DNA of 64,000 nucleotides. It comes from the human T2T-CHM13v2.0 reference genome, Homo sapiens. Shown one piece after another: positions 28,578 to 41,059 of this stretch. A program made the position numbers and the translations under genes. How positions within the stretch are numbered: the stretch's first letter is position 1; every line of letters starts with the position of its first letter. Location: NCBI RefSeq assembly GCF_009914755.1, contig NC_060937.1, one strand, 5' to 3'. Below the pieces are notes generated by a model. It was not told where the DNA came from. It worked only from the letters and a program-made list of their open reading frames with translations, and made no database searches.

Positions 28578-29685
28578 AGTTAATATTGTTAAAATGTCCA
28601 AACTACCCATTGATCTGGTTTTAATGCAATCCCTGTCAAAATCCCAATGGCATTCTTAACAGACATAGAAAAACAATTCTAAAATTCATTTAAAAGAACA
28701 AAATACCAAGAATTCAAAAGCAATCTTAAGCAAGAAAAATAAAGCTGGATACATGACACATTCTGATTTCAAAATATATTAAAAAGCTATAGTAATCAAA
28801 ACAATATAGTGCAGTCACAAAAGAAACTTGTAGACCAAAGGAGCAGAATAGAGAGCCCAGAAATGCATCCATATGTTTACTGTCAACTGATCTTTGATAA
28901 AGGTGCTAAGACACCCGATGGAAAAGGATAGCCTGTTTAATAAGAGGTGTTGGAAAAACTGAATATCTAAATGTGAAAAAATAAAAGTGAAACATTATCA
29001 TGCATCGTATTCAAAAGCCAATTTAAAATTTATTAAGGCTTAAATATAACACACGAAAATGTAAAACTACTAGAAAAAACATTGGGAATAACCTTGTTGA
29101 CATTGGTCTTGGCAACAGATTTTTGGTTGTAACACCAAAAGTACAGGCAACAAAAGCAAAAATAGACAAGTGGATTGCATCAAACTACAAAGTCTTTAAC
29201 ACAGCAAAAGAAACAATCAACCTGTAAAAATGAAGCCTACTGAATTAGAGAAAATATTTGCAAACCAAATATCTGATAAGGGGTGAATATTCAAGATACA
29301 TAAGGAACTCATACAACTCAATAGCAAAGAATAAGTAAATGAAACCAAAAAAAAAAAAAAAAAAGGAACAACAACAGACTCAATGACCCAACTGAGAATT
29401 GGGCAAAGGACCTGAATAAACATTTCCCAAAAGAAGACATACAAATGGCTCAAAAGTACATGAAAAGATGCTCAACGTCACCAATCATCATGGAAACGCA
29501 AATCAAAATCACAATAACGTATCACCTCTCACCCTAAAATGGCTATTATAACAAAGATAAATAAAGATAATAAGTGGTGGTGAGGATGTGGAGAAAAGGG
29601 AACTCCTGTGCGCTGTTGGTAGGAATGTAAATTGGTGCAGCCATTATGAAAAACAGTGTAGAGATTCCTCAACAATTAAAACATC
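28578..29685 (+). mobile_element. L1 ORF2 relic, right part (continuation of 26722-27271)
   Basis: Resumes at 'ttaatattgttaaaatgtcc' and runs through 'gcaacaaaagcaaaaatagacaagtgg' and 'gtaggaatgtaaattggtgcagccattatgaaaaacag'. Confidence 0.9.
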
Positions 29686-30663
29686 TGTTGCAGGAAGTCA
29701 GGGAACCCAAATGGAGGGACCGGCTGAAGCCATGGCAGAAGAACATAAATTGTGAAGATTTCATGGACATTTATTAGTTCCCCAAGTTAATACTTTTATA
29801 ATTTCTTATGCCTGTCTTTACTGCAATCTCTGAATATAAATTGTGAAGATTTCATAGACATTTATCACTTCCCCAATCAATACTCTTATAATTTACTATG
29901 CCTCTCTTTACTTTAATCTCTTAATCCCGTCATCTTCATAAGCTGAGGATGTATGTCGCCTCAGGACCCTGTGATGATTGCATTACCTGCACAAATTGTT
30001 TGTAAAGTATGTGTGTTTGAACAATATGAAATCTGAGCACCTCAAAAAGAACAGGATAACAGCAATTTTCAGGGAACAGGGGAGATAACCGTAAAGTCTG
30101 ACTGCCTGTGAGGCCGGACAGAACAGAGTCATATTTCTCTTCTTTCAGAAAGCAAATAGGAGAAATATCGCTGAATTCTTTTCTCAGCAAGGAATAACCC
30201 TGAGAAAAGGAACGCATTCCCAGGGGGAGGTCTCTAAAATGGCCGCTCTGAAAGTGTCTGTCTTATGCAGTTGTAGATAAGAGATGAAATACACCCTGGT
30301 CTCCTGCAGGCTTGCTAGGATTAGGAAATTCCAGCCTGGTCAATTCTAGTCAGACTGGTTGTCTGCTTGCAAACCCTGTTTCCTGTTAAGATGTTTATCA
30401 ATGACAATGTGTGCCCTGCAGGACATGGACCTTCATCAGTAATTCTAGTTTCACCCTGGCCTTGTGATCTCACTCTGCCTCTCTGCCCTTGTGATATTTT
30501 ATTGCCTTTGAAACATGTGATCTCTGTGACCCACTCCCTATTCGTACACCCCTCTCCTTTTGAAACCCCTAATCAAAACTGGCTGGTTTTGCGGCTCAAA
30601 GGGCATCACCGAACCTGCTGACATGTGATGTCTCCCCTGGACATCCAACTTTAAAATTTCTCT
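29686..30663 (+). mobile_element. MER11 (HERV-K11/HML-8) LTR, 3'-truncated
   Basis: Starts 'tgttgcaggaagtcagggaacccaaatggagggaccggctgaagcc'; internal duplicated 'ataaattgtgaagatttcat' units; stops at 'ttaaaatttctct' without the terminal U5 segment. Confidence 0.88.
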
Positions 30664-31015
30664 AATGAATTAAAATTTTTCTAGTTAGATTATCTTTTTA
30701 ATTATAGAAATGTAATTATTATCAGATGTTACATTTTCCTGGATACAAATTCCAGACCTAAAAAACAATGATATAAAAAACCAAATCAGTATTTTCAAAA
30801 AAATTAATATCCAAAGTAATTCTATCATAACCTAAATTCTTATAATTTTTAATGCTGTTATTTTTATCTAAAAGCATTCTAAAAGAATACTAATAAGTGA
30901 ACAGTAAAATCTGGGATTTAGAAACCCCCTTGCACACACCATAATGGTTCTCCCAGTTATTGAATCCTATATTACTCCAGCACTAGTAAAGCATTTTGAC
31001 GAAGGGGCAACTTTT

Positions 31016-31323
<308 letters not shown>

Positions 31324-32389
31324 AGGGGCAACTTTTCTTAAATTTTGAATCCTATGACATAAATTAGAATAGCAACACTCATCTTTTATCCCATGACAGA
31401 GTATTCTGAGTTATCCGATATTAACTAGTGCCCTCAAAAGGACATCAGACAGATTATGCCTACCCAAATTTCTCTTTAATCTCTAAAACTATAAACATAT
31501 CTGCCATTACCTGCCCAGGAACTTCACTGACTTAGCAAAATCTGGTCAAATAATGTCCTTTCCTATATGTGAAAGGTAACTCCATTGTGGAAGCAATACT
31601 GAAGCTTTCACCTGATTTAACACTGTATACTATAAAGGTTGCCAATTCACATGAAGAGAGAGAGCATACCAGGCATTAATAAAAGAAACACACCTTCCTA
31701 ATAGCACGAGAACTTGGATGTGGGGATGAGAAACAAGCCAACTGGATAAGATCAACCTATTTGTTTCTTTATCTATTTAACAACTAATGTTTTTACTGTG
31801 TCCAGCGTGAAGGACTTTCAGATACAAATTGAAAGCCTGGCTTCAGTAACCACACAATATTAAATAAATAGTGATTATAGCCTAGCTGTTCAAGAAGGAT
31901 AGTCTGTTTACATAAATTTATATATATATGTATATGTATGTATGTTTTCATTGCTCAGGAAAAGTGCATTAAAAACAAAATAAGGAAAGCACATATGGTA
32001 ACAATTCTGAAGGTTAAAGCTTTCCATTCCAAACCCATCTCACAAATCCACATATAGATGCCAGGAAAATAAAGGAACTAAAAATGCTTCTCATGTTGGT
32101 TCTATGTTGTATTTCCTCATTGTTGTAGTAAAGTGTTACCCTATAATATATGTGCTCCTAGAAACCAACAAGGCAAGCCTAGACAAAAGAATAAGTTTTC
32201 CAGATATAATATTAAATCAGAGAACAGCAACTCAATACTGTTTATATAACAAATACCCAGTTATAAATGAACACTTACCAATTTTATTATACTTAAACCT
32301 TTACATAGTGACTAATAGCTAGTATGAAGAAGCCTTTGCTTATTCCAGTACAAAAGTAAGATTTCCAAGATTTTCCCCGAATGATCAGA

Positions 32390-32790
32390 TGTGGAAGGTG
32401 AAGAATAGACCAAAGTACAAGTCAAGAATTTTTAAATATTCTAATGTTGGTAAGAGAATAAACTACATTTCACCAAATGAGATGGAAAGTACAGGAATAC
32501 AAGCCAGTTTGGAGGAAGAAATATGAATTCACCTTTTGCAATAATGAGTTTCAGGTGCCATGGAAACATCCAAGTTCAGGTGTCCAGACCACGTTAGGCA
32601 TTCATCTTTAAAGCTCAATGGAGAAGGCTCAGCTGGAAATTTATTTCTAGGAGTCCTTATTATATAGATGGAAAGTGAAACCAGGGGAATAAATGACATC
32701 AATTTAATATAGTAGAGAGAATAAGAGCAAAGCTGGAGATAGAATCCTAAAGTCAATTAATATTTTTAGGGACCAGACAAAGGATGAAAA
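32390..32790 (-). mobile_element. L2 fragment
   Basis: 'gagtttcaggtgccatggaaacatccaag', 'agctcaatggagaaggctcagctggaaat' resemble L2 reverse complement. Confidence 0.65.
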
Positions 32791-32952
32791 AGAGTTTTGT
32801 TTCTCAGGTTACCCAGACAATATTAGTATCTGGAATACCGTATTTGAAAAAGGATGTGTAATCAATTATATATTAGAGGTAAAATTGTAAGTAATCTCGA
32901 GGTTCAATTAGAACTGGTCAGTGACTGAAATATAGTTAACGTGGATTATTAA

Positions 32953-33140
32953 CAATGGGTCACAAACAAGGGTCATACTTATCCCACCCTGAGAAATATG
33001 TGAGGTCATTTTTAGGTGTCTCAATACCAGGGAGTGCAACTTGCATCAACAAGCAAGGCTCAAGGATGCCAAAATGGGCTGGACAGCCCCACGCAATGAG
33101 CAATTTGCCCTGTGAAAATGTTTGGCTCTATATTTAAGAA
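32953..33140 (+). mobile_element. MER20-like hAT-Charlie fossil
   Basis: 'catttttaggtgtctcaa', 'aggatgcc', 'ggacagccccacgcaatgagcaatt' follow the MER20 layout. Confidence 0.5.
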
Positions 33141-33229
33141 GATAACTGTTGAAGCCCTTCGCACTGGAAGGCAGTGTTGTTTCTTGTTTTTTTTCTCTCC
33201 TTCAAGGGAGAAAACTGAGGATGGTTAAC

Positions 33230-33912
33230 TGTTTATAATGAGACATCACATAGCTGGGTGATTTCCATTTCTTAATTGTGTTTCTTTTAACACATGGAGT
33301 ACGCATAGGAACATGATACTGCCTTTTGTTCTTAAGATTCCCTGTGTGTGGTCAGTTCCTCAGACAACGATGTCCTCCCAGGTCACAGCTTTAAAGTGCA
33401 GGCCTGTCCCTTGAGTGCCAGAGCTAGACAAATGCCATATTCCTGAATCTCATAATCAGGAGATATTCCTGACTTAAATGAAATATCACACTGCAGGGCA
33501 TGAATCATCCTGCCCCAGTGACCTCTCCAGAGTTAAGAATCTGGCATAAGGAGCCACAAAAGCAGCCTGGTGCCACAAACTAGACATTCAGAGGCATTGA
33601 GTCCACCTGGGGTAAATATAGGACAATGGGAAGCAAGAGACAGGAAATACCCAGGCAAATACATGTTTGCAGGCAGCACTGCAAAACCTAATTTCCATGT
33701 TGTCTAGTCCAAATCAGTTTTGTAAGTGACTTTTGTCAATCACCACGTGCAGTGTCTAGCACAGCAATGCATTCTCTTGGATTGCTTCATATCCTTCCCT
33801 GCCTCACTTCATTTTCTCAACTTTGCTACTGTGGTTTTTATTTTCTTAATTAACTATGAGCACTTTTAATCCTTGCCTTGAACTCCATTTTCTTGAAAAT
33901 GTGGACTAAAAT
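33230..33912 (+). mobile_element. Degenerate ERVL-class LTR
   Basis: GC-richer block ending 'gcacttttaatccttgccttgaactccattttcttgaaaatgtggactaaaata', like an ERVL LTR U5 end; family uncertain. Confidence 0.4.
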
Positions 33913-34042
33913 AATTGGGCACCTATTACCAGAGTTATGCCACTCTCTATCTTTACTGGAGTTGACCATTCTTTTTCTGTGTATTTGCATCATCCTGTGT
34001 GCTTGCTCTCCCCATGCAGCCCTCTCCACACAGACACATATG

Positions 34043-34482
34043 CAGTTGACTCTTGAACAACACGGGTTTCAACTGAATGGGTCCAATTATACATAGACTT
34101 TTTTTCAATCCATCTCTCCTGTCTCCCCTTCCACCTCTTTCACCTCTGCCACCCCTGAGACAGCAAGACTAACCCCTCCTTTTCTTCTTCCTCTTCAACC
34201 TACTCAACATGAAGATAATGAGAATGAAGACTTTTATGATGAGCCACTTCTACTAAATGAATAGTAAATATGTTTTCTCTTTTTCTTAATAATATTTTAT
34301 TTTCTCTAGCTTAATTTATTGTAAGAATAAGGTATATAATATATAGAACATACAAAATATGTGTTAATTGACCATTATGCTTTCAGTAAGACTTCTGGTC
34401 AACAGCAGGCTATTAGTAGTTAAGTTTTGGGGGAGCAGAAATCATATGGAAATTTTCAACAGCATGGTGGCTCTGTGCCCCT
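34043..34482 (+). mobile_element. Tigger2a, right terminal repeat missing
   Basis: Starts with TIR 'cagttgactcttgaacaacacgggttt'; internal 'ctctgccacccctgagacagcaagac'; ends at 'gtgcccct'. Confidence 0.85.
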
Positions 34483-35239
34483 CAAATATGTAAGCTATTC
34501 ATTTCTTCATATACATCCTAATTTATGACATGAAGAAAATGTATTCTCTGTGTAGATGGATAAGCAGTTCATTTTAAAGGAATATAAGTCTGTAAAAAAT
34601 AAAATGTCCTGTGGAAGCTCTGACCTCAAGAGCAGAGAACTATATGATACTAAAGCTAAAGAAGTAAGTGGGAGAAAACTGTGTACAACAGAGAGAAAAT
34701 AAATTGTAGATAGAGGCAATGGGAAGGGGACTATAAGGAGTTGATGAATTGATGAGACAACACCAGGGATTGGTTAGACGGTAAAGAGTGTTCAATGAAT
34801 GGTATTACCCTTCACGAATTTCCCTGTGATTTTCAATTGTCCAGGAACAATTCCAAATGTTTGGTGCGATTGGATTTTCTGTAGAATCAGGTAGAAATGG
34901 TAGAATCAGGTGAAATTCAGGGATAAAGGATAGCAGGATGGCTACCAAATCACATATGATGACAGAGATGTGATTTTTCTATGGAAGCTAAAATGCAACC
35001 CTCACCTGTATCTCAGATTTTCTCACTACAAAACACATCAAACAGCACCCCTTTACATTGCTTGCTAAATGTTTGGATCTGTGTGCAGAAAAGAAAGGTA
35101 AATATTGCTCAAGTCATGGGATCTTAGAAACATCAGTGAATCTTGGAATAGCTATAGAAAATTATATGAGATTTCTATTTTATCCTGTGCAACAAATATA
35201 CTTGAAGATATCACTTATTAAAAAAAAAACCCTCTGTAT

Positions 35240-35370
35240 TCAGACCGTCTACATTTCGGCACCACTTATGTGACCTTCAGCAAAGTATATAACCTCTCTG
35301 TGCCTCAATTTCTTTATCTGTAAAATAGGTTTGGTAACGTTCCTTATCTTACAGGATTGTTATAAGGTAT
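35240..35370 (+). mobile_element. MIR fragment
   Basis: Core 'tgtgacctt...aacctctctgtgcctcaatttctttatctgtaaaatagg'. Confidence 0.8.
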
Positions 35371-35429
35371 AAGAATTATTATTTTTACTGAACTTTGTTC
35401 CTGAAAGTGTGGTTGGAACATGTAGACTA

Positions 35430-35632
35430 AAATAGAAATAAAAGAAGAAGGGGAAGGATGAAACCAGGAGGGATAGAGAGAGGGATAAAAAGTTGGAGTA
35501 AGGGAGGGAGGGAGTGAGGGGGAGAGGAAGAGAGAGAGGGAGGGAAAGAGAAAGGGAGAGAAGGTATGGAAGAATGAAGAAAGGGAAGGAGGAGGAGGAG
35601 AGGGAGGAAAGGAAGGAAGGAGAAAGGTTGAG
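35430..35632 (+). repeat. GA-rich low-complexity polypurine tract
   Basis: About 200 bp almost entirely G/A on the plus strand (ggaa, ggga, gga units). Confidence 0.9.
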
Positions 35633-36125
35633 AATGTAATGTACAGGTACTAGTGGCATTGAACCATTGGATGATTTTCATTTCTGGATATGGTCGCACA
35701 CTTTTTTTAATCTGATCAATAATTATTATTCTACTTAATCTATTTTAAATTCAATTTCTGCCATCTCTAATTTACCAAAATGGTGTCACATAACAAAAAA
35801 GGATGGTATGACAGAGTTTTTGAAAAGGAGAAAACTTTCTCAAAATGAATGCCACTTGCTTTGTTTTGTTGAAAATACTGGGTAGTAACGGCCTTTCCAA
35901 TATATAATTAGGGGAAACAGCCAGGAGAGGTTCTGCAGTCTGACATCCAGCACAGTTTCTATTTGAAACTATTTCTAATATATTTGTTTTTGCCCAAATT
36001 CAAACATTTTTATTTGGATTATATAAAGGAATCTCTAAAGTGGGAATTCCAATTTCTTTCCCTTGTTATGATAGGTAAAAAAAGAAGTTAGAGAGCAGTG
36101 TGCTTATCCCTAAGAAGATTTTTTT

Positions 36126-36415
36126 CTCTTTTTGAGACAGAGTTTCGTTCTTGTTGCCCAGGCTGGAGTGCAAAGGCATGGTCTCAGCTCACTGCAACCT
36201 CCACCTGGAGTTTAAGCCATTCTCCTGCCTCAGCCTCCCAAGTAGCTGGGATTACACATGTCCACCACTACGCCCAGGTAAGTTTTTGTATTTTTAGTAG
36301 AGACGGGGTTTCACCATGTTGGCCAGGCTGGTCTTGAACTTCTGACCTCAGCTGATCCACCTGTCTCAGCCTCCCAAAGTGCTGGGATTACAGGCGTGAG
36401 CCCCTACACCAAGCC
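36126..36415 (-). mobile_element. AluSq-like
   Basis: 'tttcgttcttgttgccc'; TSD agaagattttttt at 36113-36125 and 36416-36428. Confidence 0.92.
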
Positions 36416-36639
36416 AGAAGATTTTTTTATTTTAAGGTCGATCTGATCTTGCTCATCTAGAAGTGTTCAGAAAATCAGTCACTTGGAAGTCAGAGCCCAC
36501 AAAGACTGATCATACTCTGACAATAGGATTATTTTACAGAAAATCTCAAAGCACAGAGATATATCTCAAATTCATAAAATGATATATAAAGTTAACATAC
36601 ATTTTTGTATACTTCATATGATTCAGACATATGCTAAAG

Positions 36640-36830
36640 ATAATATGTATTATCTCACTTAATGCTCAGAACAACCTGTGATTTCGACTAGTTTCTATCA
36701 CCTCATATAGTTCATGAAACATGGTTAGAGAGAAGCGACTTCTCTAAACAACCCAGCTAGTCAGTGACAGACTAGAACTTCAGCTTCGTCATGTCTGGTG
36801 GCAAACTTCACGTTCTTAAACATGAAGCTT
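36640..36830 (-). mobile_element. MIR fragment
   Basis: 'tatctcacttaatgctcagaacaacctgtga...gaaacatggttagagagaagcgactt...acccagctagtcagtgacaga'. Confidence 0.65.
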
Positions 36831-37178
36831 GGATGGAAAATTTTGACCAGCTACCGAAAATGACAACTGTAATTTCACCACTGGTACTTTATTCTTCCAC
36901 ATGGCTCCAGAGAATGAAGAAAACGTTTGCAGTATTCCTTCATTGTTACTTCTTTACTATATTTTGGTGCAATACAGTCATATACAGATATATTATTTGA
37001 ATGAAAATATTTATAAAACATTTATGATTTTACTTACAACCGTCTAAGAACAATCATAGAACAGGTAGGGTTGAAAAGCATCTCTTTTCCCATGTACTCA
37101 ACAACAAAAAATAAATGTCACAGAATTAATTTTAAAAAGATTATTTTGTAGAATAGTTTTTTAATCTAGTGAATGGAA

Positions 37179-37249
37179 TATGTGTGTGTGTGTTATATAT
37201 GTATATATACATATGTGTGTGTGTATATATATATACATGTGTGTGTGTG

Positions 37250-37280
<31 letters not shown>
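37179..37280. repeat. Compound (TG)n/(TA)n/(CA)n microsatellite
   Basis: About 100 bp of alternating purine-pyrimidine blocks. Confidence 0.95.
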
Positions 37281-37281
<1 letters not shown>

Positions 37282-38172
37282 CTAGAAGTTTTGAATATTA
37301 ATCTCAAGCATTTACAGCACAGTATTTGGGTGTTTCTTTGTCAGACAAATATGAATGCACACCACAGCAAATGAACTGATCTTTCAATGTGGTAATTATG
37401 AAGCTTTCTTCATGGTATTGCTAATGATCCAGAACCAATTATGACTGATAAATCTAGCATTTGTCAGCACTCAGCAACTTTGTACCAAATGAAAGTTTAA
37501 AATATGTTTTGTCTTCATAAGATGTGATTTGATTGAGCAGCTATCAAAGATGGACAGTACAACCGCATTGTTTCCACTGTCAATTTCTTTAGTTAAACGG
37601 CAAACTCTCTGCATGACTGGAGAGGGTAAAGGGCCAGAGGTTAGTATTTTCAGTTAGCTCATCATGGTACTGAAATGAGTTTTACTACCATATTGTTTTT
37701 TTTTTTTTGGTCACTGTATGAATAGAAAGGATGCTTGGCTGCATGCACCTCATTTAAAATATCACTCAGACAAGTCATGCTTGGTAAAATTCCCTGGAGA
37801 GAATTTAAGTCCAAAGGACCATGAATATGGCAAATTAAATTTAGTTGTTTTTATATTAAATGATGCTGCCTCTTGCATTGGTTCATATTTAAATTTGTAC
37901 GTGCAGTGTTTTCTCAACTGTAGTTTTTAAGAAGTGTATGCTTACAATTAATTTCACTACTAAGGCAAATCACCAAAAACCCAGCAGATCTCCAAAGACC
38001 TTGTAAAGAATCTTGTCAATCACAATTCATATTTCAAACATCAATATTTTGTAAGCAAATTTGCCAAGCACAAGTAATGCCCATAGGTAAAAACTACAAA
38101 AGGTTCATGGCTTCATAATTAACACAAAAGATGAAAGCTCACTAAGAATGAAAATAGATATGTGGTAAGTAT

Positions 38173-38704
38173 TGAAGCAGCAGGAGGCAGCCAAATGGCT
38201 AGGCAGATAGGGGCAGGTCCCCAGTGAAACCCCACCTGCAAGCCAGAAACAGTTTAAAGCCTGAAAGGCAAGCTACAAGTTAAATACTTGGACCAGGTTA
38301 AGAACCTGTCTTTCTGTTTGGTGTGCTTTCCTCTGATTGATCCACATCTGTCATATATTTTACATATATCTACCCTTTCCTAATTGGTTTTCTACACTAT
38401 TGTGCCCACCTTTGAGTAGTGTCTTTGCTTTCACCTTTTTTTTTCATACTTACAAACCAATCAGCACACACTCCTTATTCTGAGCCCATAAAAGCCCCAG
38501 GGTCAGCCATATCAGAGAATTTTTTCTGCTTTCAGGTAGGGGACCCACCCCCTGCATTCTCTCTTTGCTGAGAACTTTCCTTTTGCTTAATAAATTCTAC
38601 TCCACTCACTCTCCAGTATGGTATCCACACACCTAATTCTTCCTTGTTGTGAGACATGAACTTGGACCTAGCTGAGCTAAGGAGCAGAAAAAAATCCTCC
38701 ATCA
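38173..38704 (+). mobile_element. ERV1 solo LTR (MER66B-like)
   Basis: TG...CA termini, 4-bp TSD gtat (38169-38172 / 38705-38708), ccaat, cataaaa and aataaa in LTR order. Confidence 0.8.
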
Positions 38705-39862
38705 GTATCAAATGATTGTTATATTCAATCAATACAAAAAAGAGTTTGGATAAGGAAGAGATCATGGTTGGCTTTACTATTGAGACAAATTTATAGCAGA
38801 TACCTATGAAGGTGAAATTTAAGGAAAAGAAGGACAAACAAGAGGTTAAAAGTATTAAAGCTAGGGATAATAATTAGGAAAAGACAGAGGGCAGAAGAAT
38901 GCCTAATATGTGTGGACAGAGTAAGAACATATTGTGAGTACAGGGCTCAAAATGCCAATGTTGTGGGAACACCTCGAGTTTTAAATTTAAAAGTATAAAT
39001 TCAAAAATGATTTGTTTTATTTTGTTTTTTTCTATAAAGAAACATATTATTTTAATACTTTTTAAAAATACAATAAAGCAAAAATTTTCTAGCTCTGTTT
39101 TATAAATTCAATGTCTTCCTATATATAAATGCATTTTACAGCAGTTTGAAGTTCATAGCAAAATTAATAAAAAAAAATACACAGTTCTCATATAACCCCT
39201 ACCACCACACATACACAGTTGGTCCCATTTTTCATATCCACCACAAGAGGAGTTATAAATTTGTTGCAATCTATAAACCTGCATTGACACATCAATATCA
39301 CTCAATGTCCATAGTTTGTATTGGTGATCACTTTTGGTGTTGTACTTTCTATGGATAATAACATATATCCACCATAATAGTAACATATAGATTATTTTTA
39401 CTACCGAAAATCTTCTATGTTCTCTTTATCCCCGTTCCTCTTTTACCCCTGGCAATCACTAATCTTTTTACTGTCGCCATAGTTTTGCTTTTCCAGAATG
39501 TCATATACTTGTGTTCACGCAACATGTAGAGTTTCACATTTGCTGCATTCATTTAGTAAAATGCCTTTAAGATTTATCCATGTCCTTACATGGAGCTCGT
39601 TTCTTTTTCACACTGAAAACTATCCTGCTGTCTGGATATAGTAGAGTCTGTTTATCCATTCACCTATAGAAGGATATCTTGGCTGTTTTCCAGTTTAGCC
39701 AATTATGAATAAAACTACTATAAACAACTGTGAGCAGGATTTTGTGCAGACATAAGTTTTCAACTTCTTTGGGTAAATACCAAGGATCATGATTGCTGGA
39801 TCATATGTTAAGATTATGTTTAGTTTTGTAAGAAACTGCCAAACTGTCTTCCAAAATGTTTG

Positions 39863-40477
39863 TGTATTAGGGTTCTCTTAGAGGAACAAAACAAACAGGA
39901 TATATATATATATTTTATTATATATTCATTATATTATATATTATATATTATACATAATGTATATTATATATTATATATTATACATAATGTATATTACATA
40001 TTATTATACATAATATATATTATTTATTATATTTTATATTATATATTTATTATTATATATAGGGGAATTTATTTTATATATTATACATTATATATATAGG
40101 GGAGTTTATTAAGTATTTATTTACAAGATCAAAAGATCCCACAATAGGCTGTCTGCAAGCTGAGGAGCAATAAGAGCCAGTCTGAGTCCCAAAACTGAAG
40201 AAGCTGGAGTCCAGTGTTCAAGGGCAGGAAGCATCCAGCATTCGAGAAAGATGTAGGCTGGGTGCCTAGGCACATCTCTCCTTTTTATGTTTTTCCACTT
40301 GCTTTATATTTGTTGGCAGCTGATTAGATTACACCCGCCAGATTAAGGGTGGATCTGTCTTCCCCAGCCCACTGACAAATGTTAATCTCTTTTGGCAACA
40401 CCCTCACAGACACACCCAGGATCAGTACTTCGTATCCTTCAATCCAATCAAGTTGATACTAAGTATTAACCATCACA
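39863..40477 (-). mobile_element. MLT2A solo LTR with expanded internal TA-rich repeat (39900-40097)
   Basis: 'tgtattagggttctc...' to '...caagttgatactaagtattaaccatcaca'; 5-bp TSD gtttg / gtctg. Confidence 0.88.
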
Positions 40478-40594
40478 GTCTGTATCATTTTGCATTCCCA
40501 CCCGCAATGAATGAGAGTTCCTGTTGCTGCACATACTCACCAGCATTTGGCGCTGTCACTATTTTGCATTTTGCCTATATTAATAGGTGTATAG

Positions 40595-41059
<465 letters not shown>

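Noticed and set aside
26722-29685. Active L1
   Set aside because: Fragmentary, RT motif altered, many stops and frameshifts, interrupted by insertions.
35360-35699. Leu/Ser/Pro-rich ORFs resembling membrane proteins
   Set aside because: Translations of the CT-rich strand of the polypurine tract.
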